A stretch of 53,463 nt of DNA from Chromatiaceae bacterium (GCA_028277905.1 JANQFI010000034.1:1-53463); one strand, 5' to 3'. Shown: positions 28,170 to 38,536, numbered from the stretch's first letter. The notes: generated by a model from the letters alone, not told the origin. A program made the numbers and translations.

Positions 28170-31060
28170 GCGATTGGCTGCCCCTGGTGTGCGTCGCGGT
28201 GCTGTTGCCGCTGTCGGCCTTGCTGGCGGACCGGGTGGCCGCCGGGCGGGCGCCCGACCGGGGCACCTACTGGGCGCGGGTGACCTGGCTCGCGCTCTTG
28301 CCGATCGGTCTGGGCCTGGCGCTGAGCTGGGGGCTTAAGGCGCTGGACGCCGAGCTGTGGCACCGCGGCCTGCACCTCATGCCGGACCTGGCGATGCCGG
28401 ATTCGTCGCCGGCCTATTGGCTCGCCCTGGCGCTGCCGGGGCTGGTGTGGCTGCTCATGCTGGGCGCAGCGCTGTTCACCGGGCTGGACGAGCCGCGCAC
28501 CGGGCGCTGGCTGGCGGGGGCGGTCGGCCTACGCAGCTCGCGGCGCTGGCTGCTGCTGTTCCCGGTGCTGTCGCTGCTGCTGTTGGCAGCGCTGGCGACC
28601 CAGCGCCTGCTTGACGCGCGGCCCCGCGGCTACCCGGCCGGCGTCTGGACCCTGCTGCTGATCGCGGCAACGACGCTCGCCGGCGTTGCATTGAGCCGCG
28701 GGCGACCCCGGCCGGGGCAGAGCGCGCAGGCTTCGGGGGCATCAGCGGCGACTGTCGAGGCCTGGCCCGAGGCGCTCCGGGCTGCCGGCGTCGCAGTGGA
28801 CACCTTGGCGTTCTACCCTGCCGCCGGGGAGTCCACGGATGCTCAGGGCCAGCCGGTTGCCGACGACTGCAACCGGCCGGACCTCGCGGTGCGCCGCCTG
28901 CCCGCGCGGCTCTGGGACGCGCTCACGAGCATGCCCGGCGGCGAGACCGGGAATCGCCTCGTGGCCGCACCGGAGCACAGCGGACAGGTCGAATGCCTCG
29001 CCTTACTTGCGGAGCGCCAGCTCGCCCACGCCAACACCCTGTTGCTGGTGATCGTGCCGGACGATATCGACGGCTTGAAGCGCGCCCTGCTGCGGTGGCT
29101 GCCCGATGCGGCGTCCGCGGAGCCCCTGCACAAGGGGCTGCGCGCGGACAGCCCGGCGCTGGTCTGGATTGCCGACGCCAAGGGCCTGTCCGACCTCTGG
29201 ATCCCGTTGCTACAGGAGAAGCCCGACCTGTTGAACCGCATCGGTGCCGTCGTGTGGTGGGACCTGCATCGCTACTCGGGCGTTTTGGCGGCCAACTTCT
29301 GGGCCATCTCGCATCGCTTTCAGCGGCTCCTGGCCGCCGCGGACCGCGTCGACCTCAGGCATCTGACCTTCGTGCGCGGCGCACCCACCGCCGACACCCA
29401 GTTCCAGGCGTTCATCAACCTCTGCCTGCCGAGCGAGTTTCAGGCGTCGCCAGCGGAGGAGGCGGAGATCGACGCCGCGTTCGCCGGCGCGGCCGAGATG
29501 CATCTGCTCGGCCTCGACGCCGCCGGGCAAACTGGCGCGGTGCAGTCGGCGCTGGCCGCGATCCGCCAGCTGGACCCGGCGCTGGCCGCCGCAAAGGCCT
29601 CGGTGGCCGCGGGCTGGCCGACCTGCCTGCGCCCGCCCGCACATCTGAGTGCGCAGGAGCTGGCCCAATTCGGCCGCCTGCCTCAGGGCGGTGCGGTCCT
29701 GGACGAGCTGCTCCACCCGGACCCCGCCGAGGCCGGCGCCTATGTGCTCGAGATCGACGCCGCCGAGGTCTTGGCGTTGCTCGACATCGTGGCCCAGACC
29801 GGGCGCATCCCCGCGACCCTGCCCCTGCGCCACATCGGCATCGTGCCGGCCTTCGGAAACCCTTACGTGGCCTGGCTGCTGGGGCGCCTGCGGGCGGAGC
29901 CGGACCTGCTGCGGCGCCTGAGCCGGCGCCTGGTGGCGGCCAAGCCGCAGTCGGGCGTCATCACCCGGCACCTGTTGCTGGCACTGAACGAGCTGCCGGC
30001 CACGCTGCGCGGGTTGAACCGCACCTTCCGCTTCGAGGCCGCGGATATCACCCGGACCCTGCACCGGCTCGCCGAGCAGAACCGCGTGGCCGGCCGCGAC
30101 GTGCGCTTCCTGTCGGGCGGCGCCGACGACCCGCGGCTCCGCGTGGAGCTGGAGTACAGATCGACGCTCTCGCGGGACCCGGCACCGCCGCTTTCCGCCA
30201 TCGGGACGCGCCTGGTGGATGTCTTCGACCCTGCCCGCGGGTCGCTGCTGCAGCTTGACCCGGAGCGCTTGACCATCGATGCCTATCCATTGCGGGTCTT
30301 CCTGCACCAGGGCAGGCGTTATCGCATTGCGGACTGGAGCTCGGTGGAAGCCATCGCGGGCGATGGCGGCAGCCTACGCGTGGAGTGCCAGGCCGAGGGG
30401 CGTGTGACCAAGACCTGGCGGGTATTTGCGCCGCGCCTGAGCGACACCCAGGTCATACCGGAGCGCCGCGACATCCAGATCGCCGGTCGCAACCTCACCC
30501 TGGTCCGGGTCGCGACCAGTTACGAGGAGCGCATCAGCGGCCGGCTGGAGTTTGCGCAGGACGGCGCGACCGGCCGCTGGACCTCGGGCGCGCACCTGCG
30601 CTTCCCGGCGATGCTCACGAGTCGGCGCCTGCGCACCTCGGGGCTGTTCGTGCGCTGGCCGGAGCAGGCGGTGAAGGGGTTGCCCCTGGGACTGCACTCC
30701 CTGGCCCAGGCGTTGCGGCACGTCTTTCCGGTGCATGTCGGCGTCGACGAGGATGCCGTGGCCATCCTCGCGCTACACGACAAGCGGATCGACGAGCGGC
30801 CACTCTGGGGCATCATGATCGTGGACCTGTACCCGGGAAGCATCGGGTTGATCCAGTCCATGGAAGAGGATCCGAACCTGGTGGTGCAGTTGCTGCAGCT
30901 GACGCGCGACTGGCTTGCCGCCTGCACCTGCGATGAGGACTGGGGCTGCGAGGCCTGCCTCAAGTCGCCGCTCGCCCGCGCCGCCATCGCGGACAACATC
31001 ACCATGCGCTTGAGCCGGCGTGAGGCGCTGGCGCTGCTTGCGCAGGTGCTCGGCGCGTGA
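28166..31060 (+). CDS. Membrane-anchored, predicted inactive MrfA/YprA-type SF2 helicase with DUF1998 Zn-binding C-terminus
   Basis: ~5 N-terminal TM helices; decayed motifs APEHSGQV (I) and WWDLHRYSGVLAAN (II); FLHQGRRYRI, GLHSLAQAL, IVDLYPGSIG, CTCDEDWGCEACLKSP; ATGA overlap. Confidence 0.8.
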   Translation: MSDWLPLVCVAVLLPLSALLADRVAAGRAPDRGTYWARVTWLALLPIGLGLALSWGLKALDAELWHRGLHLMPDLAMPDSSPAYWLALALPGLVWLLMLGAALFTGLDEPRTGRWLAGAVGLRSSRRWLLLFPVLSLLLLAALATQRLLDARPRGYPAGVWTLLLIAATTLAGVALSRGRPRPGQSAQASGASAATVEAWPEALRAAGVAVDTLAFYPAAGESTDAQGQPVADDCNRPDLAVRRLPARLWDALTSMPGGETGNRLVAAPEHSGQVECLALLAERQLAHANTLLLVIVPDDIDGLKRALLRWLPDAASAEPLHKGLRADSPALVWIADAKGLSDLWIPLLQEKPDLLNRIGAVVWWDLHRYSGVLAANFWAISHRFQRLLAAADRVDLRHLTFVRGAPTADTQFQAFINLCLPSEFQASPAEEAEIDAAFAGAAEMHLLGLDAAGQTGAVQSALAAIRQLDPALAAAKASVAAGWPTCLRPPAHLSAQELAQFGRLPQGGAVLDELLHPDPAEAGAYVLEIDAAEVLALLDIVAQTGRIPATLPLRHIGIVPAFGNPYVAWLLGRLRAEPDLLRRLSRRLVAAKPQSGVITRHLLLALNELPATLRGLNRTFRFEAADITRTLHRLAEQNRVAGRDVRFLSGGADDPRLRVELEYRSTLSRDPAPPLSAIGTRLVDVFDPARGSLLQLDPERLTIDAYPLRVFLHQGRRYRIADWSSVEAIAGDGGSLRVECQAEGRVTKTWRVFAPRLSDTQVIPERRDIQIAGRNLTLVRVATSYEERISGRLEFAQDGATGRWTSGAHLRFPAMLTSRRLRTSGLFVRWPEQAVKGLPLGLHSLAQALRHVFPVHVGVDEDAVAILALHDKRIDERPLWGIMIVDLYPGSIGLIQSMEEDPNLVVQLLQLTRDWLAACTCDEDWGCEACLKSPLARAAIADNITMRLSRREALALLAQVLGA

Positions 31061-31313
31061 GGGCCCAGACGATTTCTGTCGGTTTTCGTCCCAGCTTGCT
31101 TGTCTTTGCGCCCGCCCGCCTGCTGCGTCGCGCCAAGAGCTGCAGAGTGCGACTCTGCGCCTGTTGGCACTCCTTGCAGGCAGCGGAAAACCCCGCGCGA
31201 TCTAGTATGAAGATCTCCGGCAATCGCCAAAGCGCACGCGGCGGTGCACTCGGCGACGCGACCGAGCTCGGGTGCGACACCACAGCGAGCCTTTAATATG
31301 GGATGGGATCCTG

Positions 31314-33689
31314 ATGTTTGGCCTCAATGACCGCAGGAAACAGATCGACGCCCTGCGCACGCGGGTGGAGATGATTGTCGCCCGTGCCCCGGCGGCTGCC
31401 GGCGGCCTGCTGCGCTCGGCCGAGGCGTTGCGTGAGCGCATCGGTCGCCTGGGCGCGGGTTTCGGCTTCTCAGTGCGCGCGGAGCAGGTGCAGGCGCTTG
31501 CGGACGAGGTGCACGAGCTGTCGGAGCTCGCAGCGCTAGTGCGCGAAATCGACGCCGGGGTACAGCGCCTGCGCGCCGCCGAGACGGCCCTGCTGCGCGA
31601 TATCGCACAGTTGAGCGCCGATCCGGCGGTGCGCGACTGGCTCGCCGAGCGCAGCCGGGGGCGCGATCGCCTGCTGGCGGCGGCGCTTGAAGTCCCGGAC
31701 GCGCCCGCGGCGCGGCAGATGCAGGAGGACTTGGTCAGGCTCGACAAGCACCGGCGCAACGCCCGTGCCTTGCTCGACAAGTGGGGCGAGGCACTCAAGA
31801 AGCTCAACACCATTCGTGCCAAAGGTGTCACCCGCGAGCTCGCCGGGGCACTGCCTGGCCTGCGGTCCGAGCTCCTTGAGGGTGGACCGGACAAGCAGGG
31901 ACCGACTTCGGACTGGGTGCAACGCTTGCAGGCGCTGTTGACCCCGCTGCGAGAGTTCCAGACGAGGGACAAGCCGCCGGTGATCGCCGATGCCTTTCTG
32001 TTGGTACAACGCTTGGACGAATGGATCCGTGCCTTGGACGAGACCCGGGTCCCATCCGCCGCCGGATTGACCGATGCGATGCTCAAGCAGCACAGGCGCG
32101 AGCTGGAGGCGATGACGGGTGAATACTGGGCGCTGTCCGAGGAATGGGAGCAACACGAGGATGACGCCTTTCACCGCATCATGGAGCGCGCCCGCGCGCT
32201 GGAAGCGCGCCTGTTGCAGCTGGCGGGGAGCATCCGCGGCGACGCCATCGAGGAGCTGGAGCGCAACCGGGATGCATACACTCAGTTCGGCAGCGAGGCC
32301 TTCAGTCCGGATCTGGCCGCCCTCTTCGCACGGCTGCTGGACGGGAATCCCGACGAGCCGGAGGCCTTTCGCCGGTGGCTGGCCGATTGCCTGCGCGCGA
32401 ACGACGAGTTTGCCGAGGCCTTGGAAGGCGACCGCCCCGGGCTGGAGGAGATGTGCAAGGAGCATCTGAGCAAGACGTCCGAGGCGCTGGCCGCGACACG
32501 GACGCTGCGGCTACGAGAGGATCACAGAGCGCGGCTCTTGGAGCTCGCGGACGAGGTCCAGCACGCCAACGCGACGCGCTGGCCGGACGCGACCCTGAAT
32601 GAGCTGATCGACGCGCTGGATTCCTTGCGTGAGCTCGCGCGCAGGGCGGCGTCGCTGCTCGCGGACGCGCGAGAGCGCGAGGCGGGCGTCGCAGCGCTTT
32701 GGCAAGCGCTGCGGCAGCGTGCCGAGCGCTTGCTCAGCCTCGCCGAATCGACGCGCGTGGCGATCGCCGACGGCGATGTCCTGCAGGTCAGGGCGATTGC
32801 CGAGCAGGATCCACCCGACGCGGCGGGCCTCGCCGAGCTGGAGGCGGCTTGCGAGGAGCAGGCCGAGACCCTGCATGCGCTGGAGGCCGGGGTGTTGGCG
32901 CAGATTCGCGCAGCAGTCATGGCGCGGTTGGCGGCGATTCGCGAGCTCGGCAAGGAGCTCGACGCGGATCTGTCCGCGGGCATGCTGGCGCCGCCCGCAG
33001 GGTTTGCGTCGCTGGAGCAGCTCGAGGCGACCGCCGCGGCCTTGCCGGAGCAGGAGCAGGGTTTGCGCGAGCGTTTGCGTACACAGGTGCAGCGTTGGCT
33101 CGGGCGGCGCCCGGACCTAGTTTCTCGCCTGCAAGCGATCGCCGCAGAGGGGCTCGGCGTCGCCGAGCGCGACACCGTTCAGGGCGTCATCCGGCGGCTG
33201 ACCGGAGCACGACAGCCCGGCGAAGCTGAGGTGCTCGCGGTTGAGCCGATCCGCCGCCTCGGCGCTGGGGTCCGCGATGCCGACCAGCAGATCGCGCGCA
33301 TTGATCATGAGAACAGGCTGCTCGATCAGCGTCTGGCAGCACTGCAACAGCGACTCCTGAGGTTCAAGGAGGCGTTTCATGATCTCAACGAATATGACAT
33401 CGATGCTCTGTATGAGCGCATTTGGGAGCTGACCCAGCCGGTTCCGGGCGTCAGCCTGAAGCGCAAGGCCCGCGCCGATCAGCTCGAGCACGCCGAGACG
33501 CTGTTGGACCGGCTCGAGCTCCATGCCGTGCGCTTGGCGACCGCAGGCTTCGCCGAGCATTGGCAGCGGGTGGCGAACAGCGACCATGAGGCCGTCGTCG
33601 AGCTGCGCGAGCAGCTGCGAGACCCGACCTTTCTGCCCGACGTGGAGCAGCGCAAGCGGCTGCGCGCGCTTGCGGAGCAAAAGCGGTGA
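31314..33689 (+). CDS. Long alpha-helical/coiled-coil protein
   Basis: ~790 aa, L/E/R/A-rich heptads, no TM, no NTPase motif seen; stop overlaps next GTG. Confidence 0.8.
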   Translation: MFGLNDRRKQIDALRTRVEMIVARAPAAAGGLLRSAEALRERIGRLGAGFGFSVRAEQVQALADEVHELSELAALVREIDAGVQRLRAAETALLRDIAQLSADPAVRDWLAERSRGRDRLLAAALEVPDAPAARQMQEDLVRLDKHRRNARALLDKWGEALKKLNTIRAKGVTRELAGALPGLRSELLEGGPDKQGPTSDWVQRLQALLTPLREFQTRDKPPVIADAFLLVQRLDEWIRALDETRVPSAAGLTDAMLKQHRRELEAMTGEYWALSEEWEQHEDDAFHRIMERARALEARLLQLAGSIRGDAIEELERNRDAYTQFGSEAFSPDLAALFARLLDGNPDEPEAFRRWLADCLRANDEFAEALEGDRPGLEEMCKEHLSKTSEALAATRTLRLREDHRARLLELADEVQHANATRWPDATLNELIDALDSLRELARRAASLLADAREREAGVAALWQALRQRAERLLSLAESTRVAIADGDVLQVRAIAEQDPPDAAGLAELEAACEEQAETLHALEAGVLAQIRAAVMARLAAIRELGKELDADLSAGMLAPPAGFASLEQLEATAAALPEQEQGLRERLRTQVQRWLGRRPDLVSRLQAIAAEGLGVAERDTVQGVIRRLTGARQPGEAEVLAVEPIRRLGAGVRDADQQIARIDHENRLLDQRLAALQQRLLRFKEAFHDLNEYDIDALYERIWELTQPVPGVSLKRKARADQLEHAETLLDRLELHAVRLATAGFAEHWQRVANSDHEAVVELREQLRDPTFLPDVEQRKRLRALAEQKR

Positions 33690-35449
33690 GGTTGGCGGCG
33701 ATGGCGGGGGAAAGCACATGGCGCAGCTGGCCGGCCTTCGACGGGCTGGGCGGTGGCAAGCGTTGGAAGCTCAGATGCGGTGTCGGTGTCTGGTGTAGCG
33801 GTCCCGGCGAGGGCTCGGCGCGCTGGGTTGCGGCCAGTCCCGGCTTTGACTCCGAGGCCCGCGCCTCTGCCGAGGCCATCTATCTCGGGCGCGAAGACCG
33901 GCCGCGGCGATCCCTGGCGCTGCGGCTGTCCGCCCAATGCTGCCAGGTACTGCGGGCAGACCCGGACGATTGGGAAGCCAGGCACGGCAACAGGGTGCTC
34001 GACCGTGTGGTCCTGGACTGGCGGAACCCCCGGGGGCTGCCGGGCTGCCTCGCGGCCCTGGCACTGCTACCCGAGGTCGCGCGTCTGCATGCCGACGCAC
34101 TGGGCAAGACGGCGCAGCCCGGGGCGGACGGGATCGGATCGCTGCGCGACCAGGATGTCTACATCGATGAGCTGGCGGTGTCGGAGGGGGTTGCGGCCGG
34201 ATGCACCGCGCTTGCCGCAGCGATCGACCTCGACGCACTCACGACGGTCTATGCCGATCTCGTCGCCGGGAATCGCTTCGTGTTGCTGCCGCCCGCGACT
34301 GAGGTGCTGTCGCCGGAGGCGCTGGCTTGCCTCCTGCTCCCCGTGCCGCGAGCGCTCGCCGATGGGTGTACGTTGCTGTCCGCGCTGCCGTCTAGCGGTG
34401 TGGATACTTCGGGGCTGTTGCGCGACGGTGCCCTGGGCGGGCGCGGCTGGCATCTCCTCGGCCCCGGCGCGGTGGCGCCGTCGGCGCTGCCGTCTCCGGA
34501 GCGTGCCCCCGACGCCGCGCAGCGGAAGCTCGCTGCCTCTATGGCAGGGGCCGTGCTGGCCGGGGAGCCCGACCTGCTGAGCGAGTCGGCGGACACGGGC
34601 GCCGGCACGGGGGCGGGGGCTTCGCCGGAGACCTCACCGGCAGCGGCATCGGTCGAGCCCAGGTCCGCGGCCGGGCGTGCCGGTACACGAGAGCTGCGGC
34701 TGTGGGGTGCGACCTCGACCGGAAAGACCGTCTACCTGGCGCAGCTCTATCTGAACCACCGGGAGTACCGTTGCGGCGAGGATGAAGCCTGGTCGGTGCG
34801 CCTTCCGCCGGGTACGGATCCGAAGCTGTATGCGAATCATCTCGAGGACTTCTTGAGCCACAACCGTTTTCCCGATCGAACGGCTCCTGGGCTAAGGCTT
34901 CCTGCCGAGTACCACTTGGTGGAGCGCCATAGCGGTAGAAGCACGGTAATCGCGATGGAGGATCGCTCCGGCGAGGATTACCAGGCCTTTGGTCCGGAAG
35001 TTGCCGAAGCCCTCGCCGCTGCGGATGGACTGATGCTGTTGCTTGATCCACTCCGGGATCGCGCCGTGCAGGATGAAGAGGTCTTGCGCGGACTGTTCGC
35101 CTTGCAGCAGGCTCGCGGGAGCATTGGCAGCGATCCCAGACCGCTCGCCGTCTGCGTGTCCAAGTGCGATGACTTTGTTCATGATGTGTCGAGCTACCGC
35201 AGGGTCTCGACAGATGCCGAGGACCTGCTCCGCAACCGCATCGGCAAGCCGATTTGCGAGGCTCTCCGGCACCACTTCGATAACTACAAGGTATTTGCCA
35301 TATCGGCCGCCGGCCTTCGGTTGCGTCACGGCGCCGTGGAGCCTGGCGTCTTCTACGACGAGTCTTTGAGCTTGCGGATCAACTTCGAGGCAGAGCCCAT
35401 CAATCTCCTCGAGCCTCTGCTCTGGCTCCTGAAACAGCTGCCGGAATGA
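33686..35449 (+). CDS. GAP1-like N-terminal domain fused to a P-loop GTPase (DO-GTPase2-like)
   Basis: G1 LRLWGATSTGKT, G2 PDRT, G3 MEDRSGE, LLLDP, G4 VCVSKCD, G5 ISAAG, C-terminal PINLLEPLLWLL; N-terminal half paralogous to 35446-36813. Confidence 0.85.
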   Translation: MRLAAMAGESTWRSWPAFDGLGGGKRWKLRCGVGVWCSGPGEGSARWVAASPGFDSEARASAEAIYLGREDRPRRSLALRLSAQCCQVLRADPDDWEARHGNRVLDRVVLDWRNPRGLPGCLAALALLPEVARLHADALGKTAQPGADGIGSLRDQDVYIDELAVSEGVAAGCTALAAAIDLDALTTVYADLVAGNRFVLLPPATEVLSPEALACLLLPVPRALADGCTLLSALPSSGVDTSGLLRDGALGGRGWHLLGPGAVAPSALPSPERAPDAAQRKLAASMAGAVLAGEPDLLSESADTGAGTGAGASPETSPAAASVEPRSAAGRAGTRELRLWGATSTGKTVYLAQLYLNHREYRCGEDEAWSVRLPPGTDPKLYANHLEDFLSHNRFPDRTAPGLRLPAEYHLVERHSGRSTVIAMEDRSGEDYQAFGPEVAEALAAADGLMLLLDPLRDRAVQDEEVLRGLFALQQARGSIGSDPRPLAVCVSKCDDFVHDVSSYRRVSTDAEDLLRNRIGKPICEALRHHFDNYKVFAISAAGLRLRHGAVEPGVFYDESLSLRINFEAEPINLLEPLLWLLKQLPE

Positions 35450-36813
35450 CCGATTACACTGCATGGCCGGCGCTGGCACGCTGGGACGCAGACCGGCCGG
35501 CATCTCTGGCGATACGGCGTGGCATCTGGGGCAAGGTCCATGGTGCCTCCTCCGGTTACCGCTGGATCGCGCGCAGCTACGGATTCGCCACGGATTGCCC
35601 GGACCTCGCGGGCGCCTTGCGCATTGGTGCCGAGGATCTTGCGTTCTCGGCGCCGCTATGGCGCCGGCTCCCGGGCCGCTACCTGGCGTTGTGGGTCTAT
35701 CCCAGCCGCGCGCGGGACAGCACGGGTCGCCAGGCCATCCTGGAGAAGCAGGTGGCGGAGTGGTTGCCGGTTGGCGGGATGCCGTCCGCTGTTGCCGCGC
35801 TCGTACTGCTGCCGGCGTTGGCGTCGCGTACGGATGCGGACTGGTGGCAGGACAGCGGCGACGGCGATTGGGGCAATCCGGGTTTCGCGGTGCCTCTGGA
35901 GCCGGCGCTCAATGGCCCGATCCGCATCGACCCCGACACGCTGTCCTCGGCCATCGACGGCGCCCTGGACGCCTTGGCGCGCTGTGTGGACGCAGCGTCC
36001 CTCTCCGCCTTCTATGCGGCGCTGTTCGCAAGCCGGTTGCCAGCCCGGCTCCAGCTCACACAACCGCTACCGCCCGCCGCACTCGCCGCGCTGCTGCTGC
36101 CGTTGCCCCGCGACTGGGCCGACGGCCTTTCGCTCGCCGGCGGCTTGGCTGCCAGGGCTCTGGACTTGCATGATCTCGTGCTCAACTGGGACGGCATCGC
36201 GATGTCCACTGAGGGTGACGGCGGGTCGCAGAGGTGGGAGCTTGCCGACCTGGTAGCCCAGGGAGTGCAGCCGGACCCACAACAATTCGACTTGGCGGCT
36301 GCGATGGCGGAGGCCCTGCTGACCAAGCATCCAATCGCGCTTCCGGCGACCCTAGCGGCGAATGCCGGGACCTTCGTTGAACAGCCGGAGCTGAGGACGC
36401 CGGGCGCCTCACAGGGGACCGGTACCCCTATTGCGGCGACGGACTCCACCGACTCCGGCACCGATCCGAATGCGGAAGGGGTTACCGAACCGGCTTTGGC
36501 CGGATTGGGCCCTAAGGTCCTGCACCTGGATGGACTCACGCGGCTCCCGTCCGATTCGGTGCCGGTGTTGAGGTTGCTGTATGACTTTGCCACGGACGTC
36601 GATGTTGACCGCCTGGATCTGCATGCATTCGCCAAGGCGTTGCTGGCCACTGAGCGGCTGGACGAATGGCCAGTGGATCAGGTCCGAGTGCTGAGCCTTT
36701 GGCCCGATGAAGTGGCTGCCAGACTGCCGGCCTGCATCGACGGCGAGCGTTGCCGGCGCAAAGTCGATCAGCTGCGGGCGATCGCAGCGCTGCTGGCCGC
36801 CGGCGCGGAATGA
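35446..36813 (+). CDS. GTPase-associated (GAP1-like) protein
   Basis: GIWGKVHGASSGYRWIARSYGF and LPPAALAALLLPLPRDWADG mirror GVWCSGPGEGSARWVAASPGF and LSPEALACLLLPVPRALADG; ATGA overlap. Confidence 0.75.
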   Translation: MTDYTAWPALARWDADRPASLAIRRGIWGKVHGASSGYRWIARSYGFATDCPDLAGALRIGAEDLAFSAPLWRRLPGRYLALWVYPSRARDSTGRQAILEKQVAEWLPVGGMPSAVAALVLLPALASRTDADWWQDSGDGDWGNPGFAVPLEPALNGPIRIDPDTLSSAIDGALDALARCVDAASLSAFYAALFASRLPARLQLTQPLPPAALAALLLPLPRDWADGLSLAGGLAARALDLHDLVLNWDGIAMSTEGDGGSQRWELADLVAQGVQPDPQQFDLAAAMAEALLTKHPIALPATLAANAGTFVEQPELRTPGASQGTGTPIAATDSTDSGTDPNAEGVTEPALAGLGPKVLHLDGLTRLPSDSVPVLRLLYDFATDVDVDRLDLHAFAKALLATERLDEWPVDQVRVLSLWPDEVAARLPACIDGERCRRKVDQLRAIAALLAAGAE

Positions 36814-36989
36814 GTAGGTAGCACCACCTTTGCGGCCACCGTCGGTGGTCCGAGCTTGGCTGCGGTTTTCCACGAGGGCGGTGTCATTCTTGACAGTGAT
36901 GCACTGGTCCAACTTCGGATACGACGCCAGGACAACTTGAAAGCCCTAGGGCGGAGAAGCGCATCCACCGCAGCCGTATTGGCCTCTAT

Positions 36990-38135
36990 TCAATCTACCG
37001 GAGTAAACGAGTCCGAGGAGCGATCAGACTCCCCCGTACGCGCCGCGTGCAGGACCAACTCGATTGCCACTGCCCGATTCTCCGGTATATCCCCCGGCGT
37101 GGCGTTCTTAATTCCCCCCGCGGCGTACATTGACTGTTCGATGATATCCCCGAGCCTTTGCCAAAGGAAGTCGGCTGCCGCATGAGCGCGCGCGGCGGAA
37201 AGCTGGCAGTTGTTCTCAATCGTGGAAAGCCGGGTCGCCGAGCCCTCGGGAGACAGCAGGTCCACAAAACTGGTATCGCCGGAGGTCGTGTTCTCAGGGC
37301 AACTCTCGGGCCTGTAGTGGGCCTTTGCTGGCGCCGCTTGCCTCCCCCTGATATCGCGGGCGTCGGCAAACCCGATGACCCGGATCTGCGCGTCCTTCAG
37401 TTCGTGGCCCTGAGCATAAGAACGCACGGCGCCGACGATTAGGTCGAGGTAAGCCCGTAGGCTTGGCGATAGCTCCCACTTTGCGGTGGCGAAGCCGAAC
37501 GGCTCGACCTCGTCGTCAGCTCGTAACAACTCGTACAAGGTCGGGCACGGACTCGGCCCAATGGGCGCGAGCGAGCGGACATGGTCGCTCAACACACCCT
37601 GCTTCATCGCGGCAAAGAGCGCGCCAAGATCGATTGGCGGTACATAGTGACCAACGGGTCGCCTTTGCTCGGCAACGTTGTCATGCAGTGCGTTTGCGAC
37701 CTCCGTGTAGATCAGCTCGATGACGGGTAAGCACGCGTCGGAGGAACAGTCCGGCGCGGGTACGATGCGCACGGTCTGGTTGATGAGTCTGTTGAACGGC
37801 AGAAGGGCATAGCGTCCCGTGAAATGGACGGTCGCGTCTTGCCGACGGCAACGGATATCAGCCGGAACCAGAGATACCGAGCGCAGTCGCCATTCGTCTA
37901 GCAGGAACCACCCGGGAACTCCTTCCGGGTTAGCGAGGGGTTCCAGACGCAGGTAGGGTGCGAGAATCGGCGCGACGGCGAGATTCGCCATGTCCATGCT
38001 ACCCGGTGCGCGTAGTGTCAGACCGCCAACAAGCTCGGCCCAAGTCGTTGTAACCACGGCACGTTCTTCGCCGACCGCGGGCGACGAGGCGACGAGAGCG
38101 ACGGCCGGCAACAATGCCAAGATCGCTCGGCGCAT
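36990..38135 (-). CDS. Exported protein with C-terminal OmpA-like peptidoglycan-binding domain
   Basis: Signal MRRAILALLPAVALVA; FATAKWEL, IRVIGFAD, NCQLSAARAHAAADFL, ENRAVAIEL; TGATG coupling with upstream gene. Confidence 0.8.
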   Translation of the reverse strand: MRRAILALLPAVALVASSPAVGEERAVVTTTWAELVGGLTLRAPGSMDMANLAVAPILAPYLRLEPLANPEGVPGWFLLDEWRLRSVSLVPADIRCRRQDATVHFTGRYALLPFNRLINQTVRIVPAPDCSSDACLPVIELIYTEVANALHDNVAEQRRPVGHYVPPIDLGALFAAMKQGVLSDHVRSLAPIGPSPCPTLYELLRADDEVEPFGFATAKWELSPSLRAYLDLIVGAVRSYAQGHELKDAQIRVIGFADARDIRGRQAAPAKAHYRPESCPENTTSGDTSFVDLLSPEGSATRLSTIENNCQLSAARAHAAADFLWQRLGDIIEQSMYAAGGIKNATPGDIPENRAVAIELVLHAARTGESDRSSDSFTPVD

Positions 38136-38536
38136 CAGCCGACCATACGATAGGCCAGGAGGTCCCAAAGCGTGATGAGCATCGCGATGGCCAGCAGTCC
38201 GAACAGCAGGATGGCCAGGATCTTGCCGGTTTGGTGGCATCGGCAATCCCGGTACTCTGCTATGACCTTGTCGCGAGCACCATATTCGTTCTTGCGTATT
38301 TGATTCCATGCTCGGAGCAACTCTGTTAGGAAGACGACCAGGAGCACCGTAACCAGCAGGTTGACCATGTCGAGCCCCACTCTGGCACCGACGACGAATA
38401 CGATCGCAAGTGCGGCGAGGGAGTAACGTATGGCGAAGATGGAAAGTAGGAAGTTGGACATCGGGCCGGACAAGTTGTGAGATGACACGGCGGTCGAATC
38501 GAAGATCAAGCCTGTGCCGTTGCGCTCGGGTGCCAT
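38135..38536 (-). CDS. Small integral membrane protein (about three TM helices)
   Basis: Hydrophobic segments LAALAIVFVVGA, LLVTVLLVVFL, ILAILLFGLLAIAMLITL; start 38536 or 38461. Confidence 0.6.
   Translation of the reverse strand: MAPERNGTGLIFDSTAVSSHNLSGPMSNFLLSIFAIRYSLAALAIVFVVGARVGLDMVNLLVTVLLVVFLTELLRAWNQIRKNEYGARDKVIAEYRDCRCHQTGKILAILLFGLLAIAMLITLWDLLAYRMVG

Noticed and set aside
31314-33689. SMC or dynamin-like NTPase
   Set aside because: Coiled-coil only; no Walker A/B or signature motif found
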